A DNA stretch of 62,845 bases, counting the filler, from Choristocarpus tenellus KU-1152 (Eukaryota; Protista; Phaeophyceae), in the NCBI GenBank assembly GCA_964200185.2. It is 8 parts of 8 records of this genome, joined end to end, with 100 filler letters (N's around TTAATTAATTAA, not from the genome) between each part and the next. Parts side by side here need not be neighbours in the genome. Positions count along the whole stretch, not along the records: positions 1 to 6,225 come from CAXNAD020008639.1; positions 6,326 to 10,500 come from CAXNAD020015843.1; positions 10,601 to 15,404 come from CAXNAD020012997.1; 5 more parts are not named here. The stretch is one strand, 5' to 3'. Each line of letters starts with the position of its first letter. Positions within the stretch are counted from its first letter, which is position 1. A model generated the notes under the pieces. It did no database searches. It was not told where the DNA came from and worked only from the letters and a program-made list of their open reading frames with translations. Shown here one piece after another: positions 1 through 10,995 of the stretch. The position numbers and the translations under genes are program-made.

Positions 1-46
1 GGGTGAAAACGGACGCCGACACCCCCTCCCCCAGATACTTTGACCC
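1..46 (-). mobile_element. Family B MITE, 5' terminus (window starts inside it)
   Basis: The reverse complement reads GGGTCAAAGTATCTGGGGGAGGGGGTGTCGGCGTCCGTTT. Confidence 0.75.
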
Positions 47-164
47 ATAGCCTGTATATCTTGCATTCCCAGAGTGGTACAACAACCTACCATGCGAGTA
101 AATATGTTATTTGGATGTATGTCTAGTAGAGATATCGGTGATCTGTTTTCATAATGGGTTGTTT

Positions 165-609
165 TGTTGCAGCACGCTCGAAAAATCTTACCTCTACGGG
201 ATGTATAGCTCCAATCCGCAGGCCTATAGATGGCGCTGATGCTCGCACAAGGCTCCCGGATACTCCGACAGTCAAAAGGGTCCAACGAACGTCAGGTCAG
301 CAGAAAGTATACTTTTCTCAATCAATAACCGTGTCTCAGAATGGTATCAAAGTCAAGAAAAGTGAAAAGGTGGGGCATTGTTCATGTATCATTCTTTAAT
401 TTCTTTTATTATCTACTGTATATTTGTTCTGGTTTATAGACTTTGGAATACATCTGAAAACCGTTGCATACATTCCTGAGTTACAGATCTTACTCTGCAA
501 CTTGTAGCAAATCGGAATTTCCTCTTTATAAGGTTCCCCCCGTGTGTATGCTGCTCGCGCTTGCTTCTTACAGCATGGGAAGAAATACTCCCACTATTCA
601 CCTTTAACA
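165..609 (+). mobile_element. Family A short element (TGT...ACA ends), complete copy, TSD GTTT
   Basis: Starts TGTTGCAGCACGCTC, ends CTATTCACCTTTAACA, with GTTT on both sides (161-164 and 610-613). Homologous to the copies at 41445, 57526, 58174 and 59788. Confidence 0.85.
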
Positions 610-2233
610 GTTTGTCTCGACCCAGATCTTGTGTTCACCACATACATGTTGTAAACCCTTAATCTACATTGTCTATCTCGTTAGACAATCATTATTTACA
701 TGGTATGTTATCATAGATGGGTATACTCTATCGGTTTGTAAGGAGATGAGATAACTGGTAACAGATCTCAGTCAACCTGTTGATGACCAGCCTTGACTTG
801 AAATGTCGTGTTGACCAAATCTATTGATCCTTGTAAATAGATTATAGGTATATATATGTTGGTGGACGTTTAGATAACAGCATAATACAAGGGTGCTTTA
901 TCTCGCAACTCTCCTCGTTTCACATGATGAGTTGACACAAGCAGTGGCAAAGAAACCGTAAGTCACTGGGCGCATTAGCACTCGTGTGTGCCAGAGGTGA
1001 TTATTCATTGCATCATGATATGACGAACCTCAACAAATATATATGTTAAAGTTCACTACTGGAAAGTTTTGGAGACTTCAGATGAGTCACATTTTTGCTT
1101 TGTTTTTTATGGTATACTCCCCCCGACATGATGCAGTGACCGCACGGTCACCTCGTATAGTATCGAGAGTTGAGCCATCAATATCGTCCATCCTAGTGTC
1201 CACTTGGGAGGTTATCATTGTGAGCAATATTTACTATCGAATCAGAATGTGAGGAAGTAGTGTGCACAAAACGTTTACTGGTCTCGGTTAGACCTCCTCT
1301 TGAGGAACCACCCCTTCTATACTTTTGTCACTTCTTCAAAAAACGAAGATTAAGGGTTATTTTTCACACATAGGTCAGGGTTTATTTGGCTCTTGGAAAA
1401 TGTGTATGAAAAAGATAAAATAAGATGACAATGGTGGATCGTTTGAGAGATGATGGCAAAGTGGAGGAAGATCGTTCCATCATTCAAGGAGGTTTTAGAG
1501 TGGAATGGATGGCAATATATATGTATCTTACGTCATTTGCATTGGTATTCAACATGTTCGACTTAAGTCTTCTCCCACTCCCTACCACTTACAACGCACA
1601 ACGTAAGATTGTACGATTCATATTTCCCATTAAAACCACAACGTAAGATTTGGATTTATGTGACGATGAGCAAGGGGACAGGTAAAACAGCAGGAAAGTT
1701 GTTGCGTATGGTACAGGTGGAATGAACAGTGACAGACTGTTTAGAGTGAAGGGGAGTGGGAAGACCTACAGGAAGAATGGAGAGGAGGGAGACAAAGTTA
1801 GGGGGGTATGTAAGTCTAAGGAGGTCAACTAGAAAGGGTTACTTAATCAACATCATACTGACGTCATTAGGAAATGTGTTGGTTTTTTATGAGGTAATAC
1901 ACACTCATGAACATACCAGACTAATAATTATAATATAATACAAGGTGTATGTTATGTTGTTGGGATTAATGTAGGTATTATATTTCTTTTCTTCACTTTA
2001 TTATGTTACTTTTCCCTACATCCAACACAACATCATACATCCCTGTTCATGATACAACGTCGTATCTTTTCTATAAAGTTAGAAAAAGGCGGACTTTTAC
2101 ATCAAAGAAAAGTGGATTTCAGAGCAACAGAAGGAAATTTTGTATTGCTCACAAATTCTGCATTATTATTATTTTGTTCTACATTTGTATTCCTCCCTAT
2201 TCCCTTTTCTCACCACATTCTAACAACCCTTGT

Positions 2234-2380
2234 GACCAACCAGTGCGACCTCTTTGCCACTGATTTCCAGCCATGTCCACCTCTGATGACCAACCAGGGC
2301 GAACCCCCTTCACCCCTGATTTCCAGTCACCCCCCCTATCCGATGACCAACCAGTGCAACCCCTTTCGCCACTGATTTCC
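2234..2380. repeat. Degenerate tandem repeat, ~55-bp unit, ~2.7 copies
   Basis: GACCAACCAG...CTGATTTCC recurs at 2234, 2288 and 2345. Confidence 0.8.
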
Positions 2381-4074
2381 GGTCTCTATCACCCCTTTCA
2401 ACCCTATTCAACCCCAGTCAACCCCACACCAGTTACCACTCCAGTCAACCCCACCCCACTTACCGCTCCACCACTCCATTCAACACCACTCCACAATCAT
2501 CCAAGAACCCCCCTTCATTATCCCTTTCATACCGTGCCTTTGAGCTAGAAGACATCTACCCCGCCCGAACTTGACCTCCCCTCCCCTTCGGGGTTGATTT
2601 ATTCTAGATCAGAATTTAAGTCCTGCCCTGGTTAAACCCACCCTTCCTACTCTCTGCCAAACCCATCGAAACTCACGCCGAGTCCCTCTGGTTGGCCCTG
2701 TGACACACACCATGAACGTAGTTGACTTCCATCTACCCTCCCTCTGACTTACCATCTCTAAAACTCCCCAGATTACCAGCCTGGTGACTCCCCCTAACCT
2801 CCCTGAATGCAGAGCATATTCTTCTGGGTTTCAAATTTAACACTTTGGCTATTCTTCTCAGGCTACATGTTGCTTGCCCCCTCGTCACTACCCTCCACCT
2901 TTCTCTCTCCCTCAATGCCATCAGTGGAGCATCCAGAGGTAGCTCTGGGAAACCTTCCATAATTGCTAGTACCACCTCAGAACCCTCCCCTACTCCCTTC
3001 CCCTCTTCCCTTCTCCACTCTGACTTCTGTCAACACTGCTCCCTTCCTGCCCTGGTCCCCCTTTGACCCCCTGAGTATCACCTCGACATTTTCTGCTTTG
3101 TGCTTATCCTCCCACCCTAGTCTCCCTCCCCCTTTCCTCTACACTACTTTTCTCCTCACCGTAAAATCTCCATGCACCCCTCCCCCCCCCCTCATCATAC
3201 GCCCAAAGCTCCGACGCTCTTGCTAAGAAAACGAAAGAGGACCCCAATCCTTCCCTAGTCAAATTTACCCTCTCTTCCTAGTCTGGATGGGTTACATAAG
3301 GAATCGAGCATGTAACATGCATGTATTAGTCTAGAACATTCTTAGTACCCCAATTCTTGGCTACCCACACACTCCTTACATCTTTGGCATTAGACTCGCC
3401 TTTTACCGTCTTTTTTAATAGTTTGAGATGGAATCTGTAACACTAAATGCTTTGACACCGTTTCCGTTGGTTTTTATTACCAGTTTCGTAGGTCTTCCTC
3501 CCCCCCTCTTTTTCTCAATGTTCTTTGACTTCCCTTACCTTGGAAAGGTTGTTGGGGATCACCTCTCTCCAATGTCTGTGCCATACCTATATTCTCAAGT
3601 CCACCTTCCCACCCCTAGTCAAGGATCAACCCATTGCTCCAACAATGGTCATGTACACTCCTCATAATTGTCTTGTGTAATCTGGTAGAGGCTAATCTGG
3701 ATGGGTTCCTTAAGGACTCAATCGGGTATTGTGCATATATTAGTCTGGAACAGTCATAGATGCCAGTGAGTTGACTAGGACATGGGACATTCATCGCTAC
3801 ATTATGTACTTACAATCAACAAGGTGCGCACTTTTCTGATATATTCAGGACTCATCTAAGCAATCCGCATATTCCTAAATATATATATATATTCAATGAA
3901 TATACAAGTATGTATCTTGAAAAAAAAATAATAATGGGAGACCTGCTGCCTATTGTTCATATATATCCTTTCAATCGAACACATCAATTTCGACTCCTTG
4001 TGCAACTCGAATTGTTGGAGACATTCATGCCCTACCATCATTCTTCTTTTTTAAAAACCTGAATCTCTCCCCCC

Positions 4075-4500
4075 CCACCCCCTTTATTGACTCGAACTGA
4101 TTATCCTACTCATAGGCATATACATTTTTCTTTCTTTCTTTCACTGTGGTAATTCTTAAAGTGTAGAAATTGATGCCCACAAAACTTCCTTAGGGTTAGC
4201 CCTTAAATGTCTACCATTGTAAGCAGTCACGCCTTATCCACAAGGTCCTCTCACATTTTTATGCAGGGTGGTTTCCCCACTAATGTGACCTAATTTCTCC
4301 CCTACCCCCTACCCCTTTTATTGACTTGGACTGATTATCCCACTATCAGGCACTGCCCCTTCTTTAATCACTTCCTTTCACTGTGGCGATTTATAAATTA
4401 TTGAGGAAACAATGCACCTGAAACTCCCTCAGGCCTAGCCCTAAAATGCCTACCCTTGTGAGCAGTAGCCCTTCATTCACAAGGTCATCTCAATTTTTTT
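4075..4500. repeat. Diverged tandem duplication, ~235-bp unit
   Basis: CCCCTTTTATTGACT..ACTGATTATCC..AGGCA...TTTCACTGTGG...AGCAGT..CCTT..CACAAGGTC occurs twice. Confidence 0.8.
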
Positions 4501-6225
4501 CACAAGGTTGTGCAGGAGCTACGATTAATCATTCCCCTCCCCCCCTCCTTATATCAGTATACTCACTCCACCAAAGAAAAAATTCCAACTACCATGTCCC
4601 TCATTCAGTCCTCCTATCTATACAGATTTTCTATTTTGCTTTAATTCTTGTACCACGTCCTCTCCCAACTTGTAGCTATGCTTCATAATATATATATATT
4701 ATATATATATACGATTACTCATATTGACATAACCGTTGATTCACAGGGTATCTATGCCTAATAAAAGGTTCCATTACTAGCCTCGTACCTTCCGCGCGTG
4801 ACCTTTGTCTGGAGTGGTCTCCCCTACATCATTCTACAATCACATACTCTATCACCGATCGATATAGACCTGATATCTGCCCCAGCTCTACATCTCAAGA
4901 CATATCTAAACTGAACTTTACCAGATTGTCGCAGGTACACTACCTCTACCCTGGCCTATTATATTTTCTCTTTTTGTCGTGAACTCAATGGGATAAACAT
5001 GTTAGTGACATAAACGGCTCACTCTACCATTCGTCCCCACCTACCCTTTACACTGTCACTCCAGCAGGACCCTCAACCTTTTCCCGTCCTGCTGTGTGTA
5101 CCAACCTATAAGGTATTATTGCTTGTAACCTGCAGTATTAACATGTACTCCCCTCTCTGCCAAGACCATTACCGTCGGAATCGACCCAATTCGTCATTTA
5201 CACGTCTATCCTGTTTCACTCCGCCATAACATCGATAACATCATGGTCCGTCCTTCGTAATTTCTTGGTTCTATGAATTTCACCGGGTACACCTTATATT
5301 GTGTCTGAATCTCTCACTTACTACACATGTCCTATTCCTGCCCAATCTACGATGTTTTTCATCTTCACTGTAATCGCCCTCCTTACATTGTGAGCTGTTC
5401 CTTTTTTTCTTTTTTGTATATCTTGTTCTCACGACTCCCTGCCTTTTCTACACAACCCTTCCCTCTTTCAACTGTAGGGAAGATTTTTCAGGTTCTTCCT
5501 TGATCCATTCCGAAGAAAGCTTGCTCGGGGGTCCTCTTGATCTAGCCTTCCTCGTCTTGTCCCCTAATGATCTAGCCTCAGGTTTCCTCATTCGATTCAA
5601 TACTGTTCATTCCTTCTTCCCTAGTGCCTCTGTTGCCACCTATTTTCTTAACCACTCAGTCTTTTAACTCTTCATTCCCTCCTTGATAACTATTATTTCT
5701 TGACTGTCCCCTTCCTTTCCTTGTGCCCCCAACCATCCAGAATTCTTCCGCCCACAAAACTCAGATTACTTCATAAACTTTCCCATTTTTTAACACTTAA
5801 GTGTGGAAGTGTAAAAGGTACCAAGTTCTCTGCTCAAGGGGGCAATCACAATCACCGGAGTGAACTCTTCCACCTTAGAGGGTGAGACCGAGCATCAAAG
5901 GTCTTGTCCCAACATCTCAAAGTCTGTTGAGGAAATCCAGCGCAGAACTAAAACCTCAAAACACAACAGATTTTCCCGAATGACTGAGCAATGTCACAGC
6001 AAAGAAATGAATTTTTCAGAATCGGAATGGTTCTTCGTTCTGATAGTCCATTTGGCTGTTTGGTCAAATCCGGATCTTATGGGTGTGGTTGGTTTATTGG
6101 ACTGGTCGGTATGGATGAGCTCAAATGACGTGGTTGACGCATGCAATTGTATATGATCATGCATATTATGCTCAAGTGTGTGTGTTAAAAAAACAAAAAA
6201 AGGAACCTGTCCATGACATTGCCCC

Positions 6226-6325
6226 NNNNNNNNNNNNNNNNNNNNNNNNNNNNNNNNNNNNNNNNNNNNTTAATTAATTAANNNNNNNNNNNNNNNNNNN
6301 NNNNNNNNNNNNNNNNNNNNNNNNN
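6226..6325. other. Artificial contig linker N44-TTAATTAATTAA-N44 (also 10501-10600, 15405-15504, 30203-30302, 38445-38544, 46471-46570, 53561-53660)
   Basis: The same 100-nt spacer with a six-frame stop cassette occurs seven times. Confidence 0.98.
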
Positions 6326-6339
6326 TTTGTTCTCATGTC

Positions 6340-6530
6340 TTGACTGGTGGTGATGAAGCCCCACCTTTCTTTGATGGTGCTCATCACTCCTAAGTTTGTA
6401 GTTGACAAACCTTAACCTCGTACCCTCGGTCACGGTTCGTCCTTGTTCATGTGGTCCGTCTTGCCCGGTGATTCTCTTCACCACCCTTGCCTGAGTGAAC
6501 CACGCCGCCACAGAATCACACAATTCACAT
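6340..6530. repeat. Dispersed repeat, homologous to ~12260-12437
   Basis: Shared TCATCACTC..AACCTTAACCT..GGTCCRTCTTGCCYGGTGAT.CTCTTCACCACCCTTGC.TGAG.GAACCACGC.GC.ACAGAATCA. Confidence 0.75.
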
Positions 6531-7397
6531 GATTGGTGATTCAAAGTACGTTGTTCATGGACCTCACACGTGTTTCTCGACTCGGATTCTGTTTTTTGAG
6601 TACATGATTTGGAAGTTTGGATGTCCGAATCATTATATTTTCTTAGTGGTAAAGTCGACTTCAATGATCCAAATCCCACATGTATCGGCAATGTATGGTA
6701 GTGCACATCGGCAATTTTTTATATGGCAGTAAACTAAAAAACGGAAAACGGGAAATATTTGAATCGTTGTAGTGTCGAAGATTCAATGTAGATGGAGGGA
6801 GGGCATATGAGATTCGACATACACTATACTATTGAGGATATACTGTATTGTCTTTTTTGAGCACGTTTTATGTTCGAAGTTATCGTTAACCCTTTCCCAA
6901 CTAACAGAAAAAATTGTGATGGTGGAAAAATAATATGAAACACGAGAAATATTCAAATGATACAGGATTAACTATCTGATAGCCACGAATCAAAGCGAGC
7001 GAACCGCACGGTCGCGCGGATGCTCTAAACTTCAACAGGAAACGTGGTAAGGAACCGGATTCAACAGGTTTTACTTCGAAGTGGGATCATTGGGTGGTCG
7101 AAGACGATCACCTTCTCGACAGTAGTGATAGAATTGCTAACTCCACTGTGACAAGACAGGACTTTATGGTGATTTAATCTTGGTAGCACTTTGAAATTCA
7201 TTCGTTATGAACTTTGCTCAATCGTTCCAAACCTAAGACTTATGCTGTCCGTCTCTCTTATCTCAATCTCCAGTATTATGTCTCCCTCCTATTATCATGT
7301 TGCTCAGTACACATGACTAATCTCGTGGCCTCTCTTACACTTTTTGAATCCTCTTTTCCTCTCTCTCTCACACACCTATTCTGTACCCTCTTTCAAG

Positions 7398-9710
7398 GAA
7401 ACATGAAACGGAGTCGGACTTGTCTCAACATCGCTGAGCTTGACATTCCGAAGCGTACAAGATCCACTCCAAACCTTAGTGCCCTTCGTAAAAACGAGTC
7501 GCTGGCTGGAAGTGGTGATCGTTTGAAGAGCGAGTCCGACTTTTTGCGACTTTCAAAATGTGCGATACTGTAAACCCTTTTCTCCCTTTCGTTAGTGGGA
7601 AACGTTTTGTTTAATGGTGAAGGAATCGCTTTGATCCAAAATGACTCACGCGTGTTGATATCATAGTTCGTGAGGTCGTAGATTGCAGGGATTGGCAACG
7701 TGAACGAGGGGGTCATGGGAGAGACAATTGGCTAGAGTACCGAAAGAGGACTCAGCTGATCCTGTCCTTTTCAATTGCCCTTTTCAATTGAGATTGTGAA
7801 ATCGAAGTGTCGATGGCGAACATACGCCAGTTCTTTCTCGTTGACGCTTGTTGCAACGGCATGTATTGCCTTCCTGAGTGGAATATCGTTTACTTGGGTT
7901 GGTAAACTATTTATCTGTGGCTATTATTTATGTACATCTACTTGGTAAGTGGTCGCACAGCGATGCCAAACATTTTTGATAGTACCGTTTCCCAGTGAGT
8001 TGTCTTCTCCAGGACCTTTGGATTGACACTGATAATGCAACGTACCACGGTTGTCGTGGGGTAGTTAACCTAGGTGTCTTGTTGGTCACATGAACAAAAA
8101 GGACATGTAAGGCCAACTTAAGTTTTCCTCTCGTGCTCTAACAACTCATCTGTCATGTGTATACATGTATATTTGTGAACACTCATCAGGGCAGGATTTT
8201 GAGCAGGAATGTACGCATGCGCAGGGGTTTATTGATAGTTTGGGGTGGGACTGTCCCGGTGGATATCCTGACTCAACTGAGCTTAGCAGGTCAGACATTG
8301 TGGGACAGGGAGATGGATTTAGTAGGACAGGGGAAATGTTAAAGCTTCGATCGCAGGGTTCACTCAATGAACTCACAATCTTGGAGAATCGGCAATATGG
8401 TGGTCAGAATATAAAGGCTGGAACATCTTGGGTCGACTGTGCAGGGGACTACTTTTGTGGGGTAAGTATTATATAGTGGAACTGTACGTGAAACTACTCA
8501 ACAAGATTTTGATCTATTGCTTCAAGTACCATTTTTTTGTTGCCCCTGTTGCACTTGTCTCTTCTTGACCATGTGCTGATGTTAGCATCGATCTGTGAGC
8601 TATCCCATCCTATCTATGTGATGATTTTTTGTATGTTTAAACTACTTCTCCCATATGTAGTGCTTTAGTGGAAACTTCTGACTTCCTCTTTGATATGTTC
8701 CCACTATTGACAGACACACCAGGGGGACTCATTTTGTTAATATGTAAGGGAATCCTATGGTTGCTCTGTGGGGATGACTTGGGAGTAGAAATAGAAGAAA
8801 ATATTTTCTGTCTTGATTGTGTGGGGAGATATGTGCAATATGTGGGAAAGTCTTGTTACAGATGTGAGCTTCTGCTCAAACTTACATACTACCATACTGA
8901 CACGGACAATGTATGACATGGAAATATGCCTCTGCGGACTGGGGTGGTGCAGGTGAACTCAGACGATGATGATGATGCTGACATGATGAGCGGTGATATG
9001 TCTGAGGGTAATGGAAGGGAACTTGCAGATAAGCATGGAGGAAAAAATGTTGATTTGGCTGAAGTCCACCACGAGGTCAATCGCGAGGATGTCCCAGAAT
9101 CAGAGTGGGGGAATGTGCTCGGTCTTTTCATTGATAACAGTGGCTCTGATGATATGGAAACCAACACTGGGATGACGAGTGGCAATGAAAAGATGAGTGC
9201 CCAGGGGTGGGGGAGTCAACCTGCTCCTCCATTAGATGGGGCTTCTGCCTCAGAAGGATTGCAGTTATTGAATCCACAAGACATTAGCCAAGACCAAGAC
9301 AAAGCTCCTGCGCCTCCCTTAGACTACTATCCAAAAAGAGATTCTGTTGCACCCCCTTGTATGGTGACCTCAGTCCAGCAAGATGGATCTCAAGGAGAGT
9401 TCCCAGGAAGTTGTGTGGGGACACCCAGTGTCGCAGTAACAGTGAAGTGTGTGAAAGCATTGCCACAGATTTCGTCTGGATCCCTAGCATTTGACAAATG
9501 CTCTATTTCAATGCAGGTATCTCCTGTGCAATCGTCACATTTAAAGGGGATGGTGGCTGATAGTTGTGAGGGGAATAGTGATCAGAGTGGAACTAGTACA
9601 AGGAAATATGACCGTATTTTGTTGACTGCACCTCAGGATGAGGACATTGTTTCCTTCCTTCATTTGGAGGCACTACATTTGGACACAAAGCCAAGGGTGG
9701 GAACAGCGAG
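7398..9710 (+). CDS. Possible multi-exon gene of unknown function (candidate exons ~7398-7570, 8190-8461, ~8926-9710)
   Basis: Contains the longest ORF in the window (8926-9726, D/S-rich). Donor-like GTAAGT at 8462 and GTATGT at 9711; acceptor-like sites at 7397 and 8189. No recognisable domain, and exon phases could not be fully reconciled. Confidence 0.35.
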
Positions 9711-10942
9711 GTATGTCTCTGCCTAGAACCCCTTTGACTGATGCTGTCCATTGCATACACATGGATTTAATCTCTCCCTAGTAGTTTGTTGGCCACACCC
9801 GACTTACAGGGGTGCTGGGCATGTGCATAAAGAGCAAAAAATTGTAAAGTTAGTTTTTGATAGTGGTGTGAGCATCTGCTCTGTAAAGCCTTGCTTTATG
9901 TGGTGTCAGGAAAAGAGACTGTCCACAATGTCAAGTCCCACAACATTCAGAGGAAAGGGGACTGTTTATGGGTCTTGTTTGGTATCATGCCCTTTTCATG
10001 TTGCCTTTGACTGAAGATCCACATGCAGTTACCTGTAGTGATTGCAACCTGTGTTATTGTGGGGGGCTACTTGTTCTGTTTACTTTAGCTAGCTGTTTGT
10101 TGTGGTTAAGGATGCTAATGTCTTGAGTTCTTCTGAGTCCTTATGACCCCCCTCCCCCTCATTGCTTTGTTCGAGGTTTTGAACATGGTGATTTGAGACA
10201 ATGTTGATCCCATAGAGTTGATTCCTGCATTTATGCTATTTGGGATTGCACCCATTGCACAATGTTAAAGCCAGCGCTATTTATAACTCTCTTGTTTCTG
10301 GTTGTGCTTGTGTGGACCTACATGATTTGAAACACACGCATGATCATGCATAGTTGCAAGTGTTCGTATTTTTTGTATATTGTTTCATCTCTGGTACAGA
10401 GTCTTGGTGGTATTGTGCGGTTTTCAGGTGGTGAATGGGTGTCTGGTAGGGAGGTTATGCTCTTTTTGCTGGCCCTCTGTGTTGTATCCTTTTTTTTTTT
10501 NNNNNNNNNNNNNNNNNNNNNNNNNNNNNNNNNNNNNNNNNNNNTTAATTAATTAANNNNNNNNNNNNNNNNNNNNNNNNNNNNNNNNNNNNNNNNNNNN
10601 CCCTTCTCCTTAAGACTGACAGGAATGTTGGCTCTCATTCCAGGCAATGTGTAGTTGCAGTGGCCTCGTACATAGTGCTTCGCCTGCCCCCAATCGCTCT
10701 ATTGGGTTCAATTCACAGTGTCATGTGAGGGGCAGGGTACAACTCGGAGCTCATTGTGCGTCACAGTATCCTGTGAGTGGCATAAACTGTATTAAGGCGA
10801 GGTTAGCCCACGTACGGTTTTTGGTGGGTACCAATCTTGATATTTTTGAAAAGGTTCCCCAACGAGTTAATCGATGATCAGCATATCAAATGAAAGCTCT
10901 GGAACTAGGCTATCGATTTGTGCAAAGGAATTATTCCAGAAA

Positions 10943-10995
<53 letters not shown>

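Noticed and set aside
165-609. Family A as an introner (self-splicing-out element)
   Set aside because: The conserved donor points out of the element rather than into it, and no copy interrupts a recognisable exon.
6226-6325. Palindromic TTAATTAATTAA recurring seven times
   Set aside because: Always centred in N-runs; it is an artificial six-frame-stop contig linker, not biology.
7393-7910. Minus-strand NTRESFWIKAIPSPLN resembling the end of a GIY-YIG (Penelope) endonuclease
   Set aside because: The upstream GIY/YIG-like words are broken and unconvincing, no RT is nearby, and the plus strand offers an alternative exon reading.
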